NCBI GenBank assembly: GCA_963804955.1
Contig: CAWDSQ010000030.1
Span: 256,001 to 320,000, forward strand
Direction of reading: 5' to 3'
DNA from: an uncultured delta proteobacterium
GTDB lineage: Bacteria; Desulfobacterota; WTBG01; CAIYCZ01; CAIRTM01
Length of the DNA: 64,000 bases
Both the position numbers and the translations under genes were made by a program. Each line of letters opens with the position of its first letter. Position 1 is the first letter of the stretch. Below the pieces are notes generated by a model. It worked only from the letters and a program-made list of their open reading frames with translations, searched no databases and had not been told where the DNA came from. Positions 33,760-43,858 of the stretch are shown here, in pieces.

Positions 33760-33946
33760 GCAATCTTACATGTACCGTCTGTATCTTTATATGTAATACG
33801 TCAGAGTGATATTCTGACCGTCGATGTTAACCTTTGTTATTTATCTATGCGTTAGATTATCATCCTAAGCAAACAAGCTTCTGCAGAAAAAATTGGAAAT
33901 AAGAGCAAAACAAATAATAATTAAAATTTGGTTTTTATTTTATCAT
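33760..33946 (-). pseudogene. Deletion scar: 5' remnant of PLC-like gene fused to 3' remnant of the Ig-domain gene
   Basis: Minus strand reads NQILIIICFALISNFFCRSLFA*DDNLTHR*ITK then VNIDGQNITLTYYI. Confidence 0.8.
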
Positions 33947-33960
33947 TCAGCGACTCCTTT

Positions 33961-34596
33961 TTAACTTTCATCCTTTGGATCTCTTTCTTTTATTATAAAA
34001 GACAATTCATATTCTCTAAAAATATCGTCTATTTTTATATGATCAGGTGCATATTTATCGCGGATTCCTGAGTCTAAACATTCGTCTAAAAACGATTCAT
34101 GATAATCATGAACATATTTAAGTGTTTCTATTATGGGTGTATCATTTTTGAATTTATCCAAAAGCATTTCAGCTGCCCTATCAAATTTTTGCAGTTTAAT
34201 ATTTCTTTGTTCATTATTGAAATCAGCGGCGTCACGAACACCGAAATGAAAGCTTACATTACTGTCCCATAAAGCATATCCGGGTTTGTATATTGTTAGC
34301 CGTGGCCGTTTGGAGAAAATATACGTCCCCCAAAAATCTTCTATGTATATTTTGCCCTCTTTATCTGAAAAAGATTCCTTCGCTTTAACAAGGACCTCTG
34401 TGCCGCCTTCCCACCAAGCCCGCTTTGTCCAGCTATGCTCCATCCACTGCGCAAGCGCCACTGCTCCCTCTATCGGCTGGCCTGTGTCATTATCTACAAT
34501 GACGGCGGTTGGAACTTCCCTGGGTGATGCGCATGCACTGAAAAACACACAAGCCAAACAGAGTAAAATGAAAGGTGCGAATAACGTTTTTTGCAT
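33961..34596 (-). CDS. Putative lipoprotein, paralog A
   Basis: First about 110 aa nearly identical to paralog B; C-terminal half divergent. Confidence 0.8.
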   Translation of the reverse strand: MQKTLFAPFILLCLACVFFSACASPREVPTAVIVDNDTGQPIEGAVALAQWMEHSWTKRAWWEGGTEVLVKAKESFSDKEGKIYIEDFWGTYIFSKRPRLTIYKPGYALWDSNVSFHFGVRDAADFNNEQRNIKLQKFDRAAEMLLDKFKNDTPIIETLKYVHDYHESFLDECLDSGIRDKYAPDHIKIDDIFREYELSFIIKERDPKDES

Positions 34597-34676
34597 GTCA
34601 TTATCCCTTTAGATATTATTTTATTGACTGATTAGTTAAAGCTTTGTTTTTTTTTACACACCTTATGCAATACATC

Positions 34677-36622
34677 TTACCAGGTATCAATCTTCCACGT
34701 ACCGTCAGTATCTTTCACAAAGTATATGTAATAAGTTAGCGTTACATTCTGACCATCGATGTTATGAACACGCCTGATTCGGTATTTTGCCAGTCTATCC
34801 TGCACGTAAATCAGTTGGATATCCTGCATATTTGCAATTATGCCCGGTAATTGTGCAGAAAGGTCACTATAAACCTGATTATATGTTTCTTTCGAGGCGT
34901 TAGAGATAAACTTAAGAGCATTAGCAGTGTTGAGAGATGACAGCGCCTCCTTCATCGCACCCCACTTAACTCTCAACTTCGTATCAAACGCTGTTCGGTT
35001 ATCGGCCATGATGGCGATGTTGTCTGTGCGCAGCACGCGGGTTCCGTTATCCAGGGTTTCATTATCATCAACCGTGATGAAATACAGCCCCGGCTCCGCA
35101 ACACGGCGCTCGAATTTCATGGTTGTTTCGTTATCGCCACGGTTTTCTATTGATCCATTATCGGGGTCATAGCTGAATGAGTACCCCTGGCTGGAGTAGG
35201 TTTTTGCCAGACTCAATGTAAAGTCAAGCGGTGCCGTGCCCGAGACTATGCCCGATTCAGGGTTGCTTGAGAGGGTAAGATAATTGCTGGTGGTATCGGC
35301 AATTACCGAAACTGAATCTGTGGCATTGTCGCCAGAATCATTAAATGCATAGGCGGTTATGGTGCTGTTGTCGCCATTGCGCAGGGGCACATGGTTGGCT
35401 GCAAACACTCCATTATATACATGCGCGACCACGCCATTAACAACCACGCCGATATCATCGCCGGTAAACGCATCTCGATCAATGGTGCCCTGAACGAGCG
35501 TGTCGGGCCGCTCGATATGCGAGCCTTCCAGAGGCGAGGTTATCACAAGGTGGGCCGTGACCATAACACTCACAGCACTGCTTTCAGTGCCGCCGGGGCC
35601 TGCGGCAGTGATGGTGTAGGTTGTATTCATGCGCGGCGTTTTTTGAATGGAACCGTTAGCCGGATCAACACTGTCATTATCAGGCTGCAATACGCATGTG
35701 TCGACAATTCCAGTAGTGTTCCATGAAAGGGTAACAGTTTCGCCCTTATTGATACTGGTTCGGTCAGCCTGAAGGGTAACCGTTGGTTTCTGATAAACTG
35801 TAACAGTAACGCTTGCAGGATCGGATGTTCCGCCCGGGCCTGTGGCAGTTATGGTATAGTCGGTGGTATCTGACGGAGAAACGGGCATAGACCCCTCACG
35901 CCCAACCACGCCGATACCGGGTTGCATGGTGCAGGAATCAGCGTCAGTTGAACTCCATCTGAGCATTGCCTGTTCGCCGGTTTTAATAGCAGCCGGCTCT
36001 GCGTAGATAAAAACTGTGGGTTTCCTGAACTGCTGCTCACAGGCAGGCTGTCCGCATCCCCCACAGCCGGGCGTCGGGTCGCAGACATCACCAAGGCCAT
36101 CATGATCGGCATCAAGCTGGAGGGGATTGTAGATGTTCGGACAGTTATCAACGACATCAGCTATACTGTCATTGTCTGAATCGACCGGAGGCTGTTCACA
36201 GGCAGGCTGCCCGCAACCCCCACAGCCGGGCGTCGGGTCGCAGACATCACCCGGCCGTCATGATCGGCATCAAGCTGCAGGGGATTGTAAATGTTCGGGC
36301 AGTTATCACAGGCATTGTGTATGCCATCATGATCGGTATCTCCGCCATCAATAAGACCATCGCAATCATCATCAATGCCGTTGCATACTTCCGGAGCGCC
36401 GGGATGCACGGTGCTAGTATTGTCATTACAGTCGAGGTTATTGATCACATAACCATCAGGTGGTGAAAATTCATTGATTACAACCAAGGGATCTCCATAA
36501 CCGTCTGCATCGGCATCACGGTAATAGGGTGTTGCCGTTTGAGCATAAGCCTGCTGCAACAATGTGCAGGAAAAAATTATGGCAACTATGAACAGGGATT
36601 TTTGTGAAAGTTTTGAACGCAC
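34677..36622 (-). CDS. Secreted surface protein: MopE-like metal-binding motif, TSP3-like repeats, Ig/PKD-like repeats, C-terminal domain (frameshifted)
   Basis: YYRDADADGYG...DCND...PGAPEVCNGIDDDCDG; two DNCPNIYNPLQLDADHDG..DVCDPTPGCGGCGQPACE repeats; TTxYTITAxGPGGT repeats. Confidence 0.75.
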
Positions 36623-37025
36623 GAAGCCCCCCTTAATGAAAAAAATTTTAAACCTGGTGTTTCATCAAATACAATGAAGCTAAGTTGAAAAAAAATAGCA
36701 TTGAAAAATACAAATCACAATAAGCACAACTACTCAATTTTAACTGAGTATTTGTACTCATGCCGTTTGGATAATTTTGAGTTTGCGACTGACTTTTTTG
36801 TTAAAATCTTGAGGTGGGCAAGCAGGCAGGCTGTAGAGCGTACTCCCTCAAACTGCCCACACAACCGGAGGTATAGAGGATTTGCATCTCCACGGGGAGA
36901 AACGGCGTCGGACCTCAACTCCTGCCATCTACGCCTCGTTTTATCGCTTGTTTTGCAGTTGACAAATCCCGTTCTGGCGTTATACTTTTAATGGAAAATG
37001 TATAACACAGCAAGGGAGCAGCGAC

Positions 37026-37259
37026 ATGCATCTCACCGTTTCAAGCAAAGGCTGGGTTGTCATACCGGCGGAATTCCGCAAAAAATACCGGCTGCAGCCG
37101 GGATCAAAAGTCAGAATGGTCGACTATGGCGGCGTGCTTGCCGTAGTTCCCGAGCTGCAGGATGCCGTTGCGCAGGGCTATGGCATGCTGAAAGGCACGG
37201 GCTCACTGACACAAGCGCTTCTGCGGGAGCACCGCAAGGAATACCGGCGTGGCAAATAA
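37026..37259 (+). CDS. AbrB/MazE-family antitoxin
   Basis: VSSKGWVVIPAEFRKKYRL; overlaps PIN gene. Confidence 0.88.
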   Translation: MHLTVSSKGWVVIPAEFRKKYRLQPGSKVRMVDYGGVLAVVPELQDAVAQGYGMLKGTGSLTQALLREHRKEYRRGK

Positions 37260-37692
37260 GGAAAGCGCCTATGTGCTGGACAGCTTTGCCGCGCTGGCCT
37301 ATCTGGAAGGCGAACTTTCCGCTGATCGGGTTCTCGTGATTTTGCAGGAGGCTCGCGCGGGCCGGTGCCAGGTTTTCATGTCCCTTGTAAATCTGGGGGA
37401 AGTGCTCTATATCACGGAGCGGGAGCAGGGCCTCACCAAAGCGCAGGCGGCGCTGGCAGCTGTCGAGCAACTGCCCATAAAAATTCTTCCAGCATCACAG
37501 CAAGCCGTTTTCGCAGCTGCCCATATCAAGGCGCAGAACCGCGTTTCCTATGCCGATGCTTTTGCCATTGCCGCGGCTCAGGCCCTTGGCGCGGCAGTGG
37601 TCACCGGCGACCCGGAATTCAAACAGGTGAAAGACAGCGTCAGGATTGAATGGCTTGTCAAAAAATCCCGGTCAGTCAAATCCCCCAAATAA
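37249..37692 (+). CDS. vapC: VapC (PIN) toxin
   Basis: YVLDSFA, NLGEV, SYADAF, VTGDPEF. Confidence 0.9.
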   Translation: MANKESAYVLDSFAALAYLEGELSADRVLVILQEARAGRCQVFMSLVNLGEVLYITEREQGLTKAQAALAAVEQLPIKILPASQQAVFAAAHIKAQNRVSYADAFAIAAAQALGAAVVTGDPEFKQVKDSVRIEWLVKKSRSVKSPK

Positions 37693-37712
37693 TATCGAAA
37701 TACAAAATCCCA

Positions 37713-38155
37713 GCACCACCCGCTGCGCGCAAAATAAGTTTCAATCGTTTCAGTTGTTTGAACTGATCAAACCGATGAAACTGCTGAAACTGTTTGAACC
37801 GTTGGAACGATGAATATCGCCTCAGTGGTTCACCCTTCTTTACTTCCGCTTTCTGAATCCCGGCTTCTTTTTTATATTTGAATCTTGAATTTTAAATCTT
37901 TAATCTATCCTTCCTACCCTCTGTCTGTTCTGTAGTTTTGAATTTTGAATCCGGAATTTGAATCTGGAATCATTACTCCCTAACTCCTAACTCCCTAACT
38001 CCTAACTCCTAACTCCGAACCCCGAACTCTGAACTCTGAACTCTGAACTCTGGAACTCCGAACTCTGAACTCCGAACCCTGAACCCCGAACTCCGAACTC
38101 ATGACTCCGAACTAATGTCACATTAACCATTTGCCAATTAAAAACTGCTATTGTA
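37713..38155 (+). repeat. Junction repeat copy 1 (GCACCACCCGCTGCGC + tail + heptamer tract)
   Basis: Homologous to 39325-39570 and 42781-42940. Confidence 0.85.
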
Positions 38156-38196
38156 TGAATAACACAGTGAAATTTTAAATCCGCACGGGAGAGCAT

Positions 38197-39198
38197 ATGA
38201 AAATTACGTTAAACGAATTGACGGAGCTTACCGACAAAGCGCTGAAAAACTTCGGCTACACTGATGAGGAAATCCCCATCATTCGTCAGGCCCTTTTCTA
38301 TGCCCAGCTCAGGGGCAACAATCAGGGCGTGGTGAAGCTCATCGGTGCGGGCATGCCCAAAAGTCCCGATGCCGGAGAGATCGCCATTGTGAAGGAAACG
38401 CCCGTTTCGGCGCGCATCGACGGCAGCGGCAATCAGGCCATGGTCGTGATGAAAAAGGCCGTTACCGTGGCTCTTGCAAAAGCCAAACAGAGCGGCTTTG
38501 CCATTGTCGGTACATTCAATACGTCGACCTCCTCGGGCGCTGTTGGCAATTATGCCATGCAGCTGGCGCAGGAGGGATTTATCGGCCTGGTGTTCGGCCG
38601 CTCAACCGAGCGTGTTGCCATGTACGGCTCCTTCGAGCCGGTATTCGGCACAAATCCCATCGCCATTGCCATACCGTGCTCGCCCTCGCCGGTTGTGCTC
38701 GATATGTCGACGGCGGCAATTTCGTATTTCGGACTGGTTGAGGCAAAAACCGCCGGCAGGAAAATACCTGCTGATATGGCCTATGATGCCCGGGGCCGCG
38801 CCACGGACGATCCGGCTGCAGCCATACAGGGCGCTATCCGCTCTTTTGACCGAAGCTACAAAGGCTCGGGCCTTGCGCTCATGGCGGAAATTCTTGCCGG
38901 CCCGCTTGCGGGCGCGGCATTTGCGGGTATCGGCAACAGCAAGAAGAACTGGGGGCATCTGCTGATCGCCATTGATCCTGATCTGCTTGGCGACCGCGAC
39001 GAGTTCACGGGCAATGTGGCTGCCATGGCGGCAAAAATAAAATCGACCAAACGCCTGCCCGGTGTCGATGAGATTTTTGTGCCCGGCGAGCGGGAGGAGC
39101 AGCTTGCGCGGCAATGCCTTGAAAGCGGTGAAATCGATATTGAGGATAATCTGCTGAAGGGATTGCGCCTTGCCGCACAGCAGCCAGGCGAATGCTGA
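38197..39198 (+). CDS. Ldh_2-family (malate/L-lactate/sulfolactate, ComC-like) dehydrogenase
   Basis: AQLRGNNQG, GTNPIAIA, LDMST, YKGSGLALMAEIL, PGERE. Confidence 0.85.
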   Translation: MKITLNELTELTDKALKNFGYTDEEIPIIRQALFYAQLRGNNQGVVKLIGAGMPKSPDAGEIAIVKETPVSARIDGSGNQAMVVMKKAVTVALAKAKQSGFAIVGTFNTSTSSGAVGNYAMQLAQEGFIGLVFGRSTERVAMYGSFEPVFGTNPIAIAIPCSPSPVVLDMSTAAISYFGLVEAKTAGRKIPADMAYDARGRATDDPAAAIQGAIRSFDRSYKGSGLALMAEILAGPLAGAAFAGIGNSKKNWGHLLIAIDPDLLGDRDEFTGNVAAMAAKIKSTKRLPGVDEIFVPGEREEQLARQCLESGEIDIEDNLLKGLRLAAQQPGEC

Positions 39199-39324
39199 TT
39201 ATGCGTTTGCAGAATAAGCGAATGTTTCCGCTAATTAGGTCTCCAAAAAAAGGGTGCAAGTCTGCTCTTGGCTGATGCAAAGGTCAACGCGACGAGCCTC
39301 TTTCTGCCCCCGGATATATTTTTT

Positions 39325-39570
39325 GCACCACCCGCTGCGCGCAAAATAAGTTTTAATCGTTGTCAGTTGATGGAACTGATCAAACCGTATGAGACTGCGG
39401 AGACTGTTTGAACCGGTTGGAACGTTGAATATCGCCTCAGTGGTTCACCCTTCTTTACTTCCGCTTTCTGAATCCCGGCTTCTTTTTTATTATCTTGAAT
39501 CTTGAACTATCCTTCCTCCCCTCTGTCCGCTTGTAGATTTGAATTTTGAATCTGGAATCATTACCCCCGA
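39325..39570 (+). repeat. Junction repeat copy 2
   Basis: gcaccacccgctgcgcgcaaaataagttt...aatatcgcctcagtggttcacccttctttacttccgctttctgaatcccggcttc shared with copy 1. Confidence 0.85.
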
Positions 39571-39739
39571 TTCCGGAACCAGTATTCTGCTCTCCGCCTT
39601 CTTCAGTGAAACAAGCTTGCATGCTTGCTGGTTCCGTCTTGAATCTTGAATCCGGAATCTTGAACGTTCTTGTATTTTTAACCCGAACCCAGCACTCCGC
39701 CCTCCATGCCGCTGCAATGAATTCTCCAGGGTCAAATTA

Positions 39740-39820
39740 GTCAGCATATATATTGACTAATTTAATTTTATGTAAATAAATATATTGACAAAATGAAAAA
39801 AATGTCTATATATATTGACA
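39740..39820 (+). promoter_or_regulatory. Putative autoregulatory operators of the mobile mystery pair
   Basis: Three TATATTGAC repeats, two in near-palindromes (gtctatatatattgac), overlapping TTGACA-like boxes just before the GGAGG RBS. Confidence 0.55.
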
Positions 39821-39831
39821 GGAGGTGTTCA

Positions 39832-40293
39832 ATGAAAACAAATTGCAAACTCATTAGACAGGCAGCTTGACAGCACCCTGAAAAAGTTTCAGCCTTTGCG
39901 GGCTGCACCGATTCCGGCAAAGGGCTGGATCAGGGCAATACGTGATGCTCTGGGCATAACCGGCCAACAACTTGGTCATCGTCTGGGGCTGAGTAAACAG
40001 CGTGCCGCCTTCATCGAAAAGCAGGAGCTGGATGGCGCCGCTACTCTTAAAACCATGCGCAGGGTTGCAGAGGCGCTTGATTGCGTTTTCGTCTACGGTT
40101 TTGTACCGCGGACCAGCCTTGAAAAAACTGTGCTCAGCCAGGCGGAATCCGTTGCCGCCGAGGCAGCTTGGCAGGGCCGCTCATACAATGCGTCTTGAAG
40201 ATCAAAGCCGGGACATAGGGAGAATCAGGAGAGTCTCATTAACCTGACCCGAAAACTTGTCGACACACCCCCGAAGAATCTTGGGAGGAATAA
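39832..40293 (+). CDS. Mobile mystery protein A (HTH; frameshifted)
   Basis: PAKGWIRAIRDALG, TLKTMRRVAEALDCVFVYGFVP, HTMRLEDQ. Confidence 0.85.
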
Positions 40294-40882
40294 TGCCTGA
40301 TTTCAACTATCCTGAAGGAGCAACTCCCCTTAGCCCGGATGAAGCTGCAGGTCTGCTTCTTACGCATATAACAACTCGCGGTGAGCTGGATAGATGGGAG
40401 CAGGACACTATCATTGAAGCCCAGGTTTGGCTTGACGGAAAAAAACCGAAAGACTTACTGAATGAGCTGTTTCTGAAAAATCTTCACAAGAGGATGTTCT
40501 CCAGAGTCTGGAAATGGGCGGGGCAGTATCGTCAAGCAAATAAAAATCTCGGCATTGACTGCAGCAGATACCCGTGAGCATCAGAAATCTGTTCGATGAT
40601 GCAAAGCTCTGGATTGAGGTTCGACACGACTCATCCGATGAAATTGCCGTTCGTTTTCACCACCGTCTCGTTGCAATTCACCCCTTTTCAAACGGCAATG
40701 GCCGCCACGCACGGCTTATGACGGATCTGCTGCTTGAAAACATTTTGGACGTTAAACGGTTCACCTGGGGCAGCGGTCAGGAGCTTTCAAAGTCCGGCGA
40801 GACCAGAGGCACATACATTGCCGCACTTCGTGAAGCAGACACGGGGAACTATAAACCCCTGCTAAAATTTGCCCGGTCATAA
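40293..40882 (+). CDS. Mobile mystery protein B (Fic domain; frameshift near 40565)
   Basis: PEGATPL, WKWAGQYR, HPFSNGNGRHAR Fic motif. Confidence 0.88.
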
Positions 40883-40905
40883 GCAGTAGAAAAATACACC
40901 GCCCG

Positions 40906-42621
40906 CTATTGCCCGTACTGGCTGCCCGGCTGCGCCCAGTCTTTTGCGGAATCGCACACACGGCTTTTTTCCGCAAAAATAGCCTTGATTTCATTGTCTC
41001 CTGCGGTCGAAAGCTGCTCTTCGGCCGTGCTTATTTCGGTTGATCTCTTCCCGCGCTTCCACCAGGGCCCTCCCCGGCGGATATAGGTCTGCGTATCGCC
41101 ATAGAACATGCTTGCGCTCATCCCGTAGGTGTTCGGGTCCTCATAATTGGTCCACGGCTCAACCCCCTCTTCCTCCTCATAGCGGATCATATCGTGGTCC
41201 TGATCCGTGGCCACGACTTTCTCGACGAGGAATTTATGGCGCAGCTCATGGGCGACAATGGCGGCCACGGCCTCTATTCCTTCCACGCGATCCCGGGTGA
41301 GCGTGAGCGAGTGCGTTCCGGTCTTGTCGGTCAGGGGCTGGTTCATGGGGCCGAAAGCATAGCTTGCTGCTGTTTTGCCGATGGTCAGGGTGTGGCTTGT
41401 CCAGTCGTAGTAGCCGCCCTTATCGGAGTCTTCATAGGTGAACTGGTCAAGCTTGGGCACCGGCCCCTGCTTCCAGTAATAATACCAGTTTGCGCTTTTC
41501 GTTCCGCCGGAGTCAGGGTGGTCCGTGCCGTCCCGCTCGAAGAATACCCGGAAATCCTTTGAGTTGCTCAGCTCCAGGTCGGGAATGCTGGCGGTGATTG
41601 TCTTTGATCCGAAATCGTCATTGCCCTCAGGAAGCTTCTTGTACGTGACCACCACTTTCGACACACCCGTTACAGGGTTATTGGTGACTTTGATCTCCCT
41701 GTCCGACTCATTGCCGATTGCCGGGACATCCCAGTGCACCTGGTCTGCCATGTTCGCGGGAGTTACTTTGGCCTTGGCGAAGAATACAAGCCTGCCGTTA
41801 TGGAAAACAAGATCGGTCTCAGGGCCCGGCTTTATAACGAACTGCTGCTTCAGCTTTATAATCTCAAGAGTGGCGTCCTGTTTGTCGCCGGGCACCAGGG
41901 TCCAGTTGAAGGGGACTTGAAGGTTCTCTTGGCCGTAAAAAGATGCGTTAACATTGGTAATGCTGCCCTTGAGGGTCAGGCCTGATGCCGGGAGCGGCGT
42001 ATAATAATCGGTTTCAAAAGGGCCGAAGCCGACGATGCTCGTGTCTGTTTCGCCTGAGCAGGTATCGTTTAAATTGGAGTCGAACGTGACATTCTGTGTC
42101 ACAAAATGATAGGTGTTCAGCGTTTCCCCCTCGTAATAATTTATATCGAGAAAATAGTAATCAGCCACCGGCTCCATGGGTTGAAGCTCGGAGCTTTCTT
42201 CGGTTTCGGTCCATGAAATGCATCCGCCATCGCTGCGTTCGCATTCCACATTGATGGTGTCCTGGTATGAGCCCGTGAGCGTGCCTTCTCCTGACCAGGT
42301 GGCGACCATAGTATCGGGAGGGCTGATCGTATGATCCAGATTAAGGGTGCATTGTCCGTTAACCGTCCAGTTTCGCGTTTGCGTATAGGCGCAGTAATAA
42401 TTGTCACCCGTAAACGAGTACTCTGAAACCGTGCTGGGCAGGCTCGCATTGAACGTGCCCTTCCAGCTTTTTACCAGGGCAAAGCGCCTGGGGCCGGTGG
42501 ACTGGGCGCTTGCCATTGAGCTGCCGCAGAGGAGAATAAGCGAGACGATAATACATACTCTTACTCCGGCTTGATACGTCCGTGCGCTTTGTATTCTTTG
42601 TTTGAAGGTAAAGTAATTCAT
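40906..42621 (-). CDS. Secreted hypothetical protein with HExxH motif
   Basis: N-terminal signal; beta-rich body; AHELRH near the C-terminus. Confidence 0.7.
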   Translation of the reverse strand: MNYFTFKQRIQSARTYQAGVRVCIIVSLILLCGSSMASAQSTGPRRFALVKSWKGTFNASLPSTVSEYSFTGDNYYCAYTQTRNWTVNGQCTLNLDHTISPPDTMVATWSGEGTLTGSYQDTINVECERSDGGCISWTETEESSELQPMEPVADYYFLDINYYEGETLNTYHFVTQNVTFDSNLNDTCSGETDTSIVGFGPFETDYYTPLPASGLTLKGSITNVNASFYGQENLQVPFNWTLVPGDKQDATLEIIKLKQQFVIKPGPETDLVFHNGRLVFFAKAKVTPANMADQVHWDVPAIGNESDREIKVTNNPVTGVSKVVVTYKKLPEGNDDFGSKTITASIPDLELSNSKDFRVFFERDGTDHPDSGGTKSANWYYYWKQGPVPKLDQFTYEDSDKGGYYDWTSHTLTIGKTAASYAFGPMNQPLTDKTGTHSLTLTRDRVEGIEAVAAIVAHELRHKFLVEKVVATDQDHDMIRYEEEEGVEPWTNYEDPNTYGMSASMFYGDTQTYIRRGGPWWKRGKRSTEISTAEEQLSTAGDNEIKAIFAEKSRVCDSAKDWAQPGSQYGQ

Positions 42622-42780
42622 ACGCCCTTTTCTTTCTTGATAGTTATACCAGCATGTTTAAAGTTTTTTCCCGGTTCATTATAAGACCTTTGGAAAAATA
42701 ATCAACCTTTCTGATAGCTCCACAGGCGAGACTTTGCGCAAAGGTTTCCGTCCCGGCTTGCCTGCCACCTTATGTTTTTT

Positions 42781-42940
42781 GCACCACCCGCTGCGCTCGC
42801 ATCTTAAACTCCGCACTCTGTCCGCTCTGTAGTTTTGAATCCTGAATTTTGAATCTGGAATCGATTACCCCCGAACTCTGAACTCATGATTCCGAACTAA
42901 TGGCACATTAACCATTTGAATATTAAAAACAATCATTGTA
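42781..42940 (+). repeat. Junction repeat copy 3 (internally deleted)
   Basis: gcaccacccgctgcgc then gaactcatgattccgaactaatggcacattaaccatttg as in copy 1. Confidence 0.8.
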
Positions 42941-43154
42941 TAAAAATAATGCTGTTGTTGAGTTTCATAAAAATACTGCTTCAAGGGGGTTCTTCGGCAT
43001 GTCTTTTCATATTACATTACATCGATTTTATTGTGGTGGTGATAAGGTCGCAGGTTGCGCGACGCGCATGTATTCGCGTGCCGGCTTATTTGAGAAAAAC
43101 AGTCGGAAAAAATTAAACTCATGAAAAATACATCAAAATTGATGTTGAAAAAGA

Positions 43155-43508
43155 ATGGAATTCATCGTAGAGTTTTATGATACGGCGGATGGATGCTGCC
43201 CGGTTCGGGAATTTCTGGACGGGCTGAAAGCCAGCGATCCGGGCGATTTTGCGGCGGTGCTGGCCGGGCTGGCAAAACTTCGCAACAGGCAGTATCATCG
43301 CGAACCGCTGTCAAAAGCTATTGGCGACGGGCTTTTTGAACTGCGCCATGTGGGAAAACTCAACACCCGGGTGCTCTGGTTTTTTGTGAAAGATCAACGA
43401 ATTATTGCCGTACATGGTATCCGGAATAAGAGGCAGGCCATACCGGCCCGAGACAGGCAAATCGCCCTCGATCGGATGCGCGACTGGCGGAAACGGATGA
43501 AAATATGA
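43155..43508 (+). CDS. RelE/ParE-family (HigB/Gp49-like) toxin
   Basis: VEFY...PVREFL, PLSKAIGDGLFELR, RVLWFF, AVHG. Confidence 0.85.
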   Translation: MEFIVEFYDTADGCCPVREFLDGLKASDPGDFAAVLAGLAKLRNRQYHREPLSKAIGDGLFELRHVGKLNTRVLWFFVKDQRIIAVHGIRNKRQAIPARDRQIALDRMRDWRKRMKI

Positions 43509-43858
43509 AAAAAACAAACTTTGACCGCTATCTGCAGGAGCAGATGAAGGACGAGGCATTTGCCGCGCGCTTTGAGCAGGCAGGGCAGGCCTGGGATGTG
43601 GCGCTGCAGATTGCTTCTCTTCGCAGGCAGGCCGGGCTTTCGCAAAAAGAACTTGCCAAAGCTCTCAATACTTCTCAGCAGCAGGTAAGCCGCCTTGAGT
43701 CACCATCCTATGAAGGTCATTCGCTCAGCATGTTGCGCCGCGTCGCCGATGTTCTGCATACCAGGGTGCGTATCGTGTTTGAGCCTGTAAAAAAGCGGCA
43801 GGCCGGAATCCATGCCGCCGAGGCAGCCGCGCCGTATCGCGCCCGGCGAAGCAAATAG
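43505..43858 (+). CDS. HTH (HigA-like) antitoxin
   Basis: LRRQAGLSQKELAKALNTSQQQVSRLES; ATGA overlap with toxin. Confidence 0.85.
   Translation: MKKTNFDRYLQEQMKDEAFAARFEQAGQAWDVALQIASLRRQAGLSQKELAKALNTSQQQVSRLESPSYEGHSLSMLRRVADVLHTRVRIVFEPVKKRQAGIHAAEAAAPYRARRSK

Noticed and set aside
33021..34632. DGR or shufflon behind the lipoprotein variation
   Set aside because: Divergence includes indels and all base types; no RT, invertase or inverted sites; the scar explains it as a collapsed tandem module
36813..36870. Group II intron domain V/VI remnant
   Set aside because: Only a short ggttgtgtggg resemblance; no catalytic triad or domain V stem was recognisable
37713..42940. CRISPR array or integron attC array
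   Set aside because: Spacing is kilobases, there are no cas or intI genes, and the repeats lack RYYYAAC...GTTRRRY attC structure
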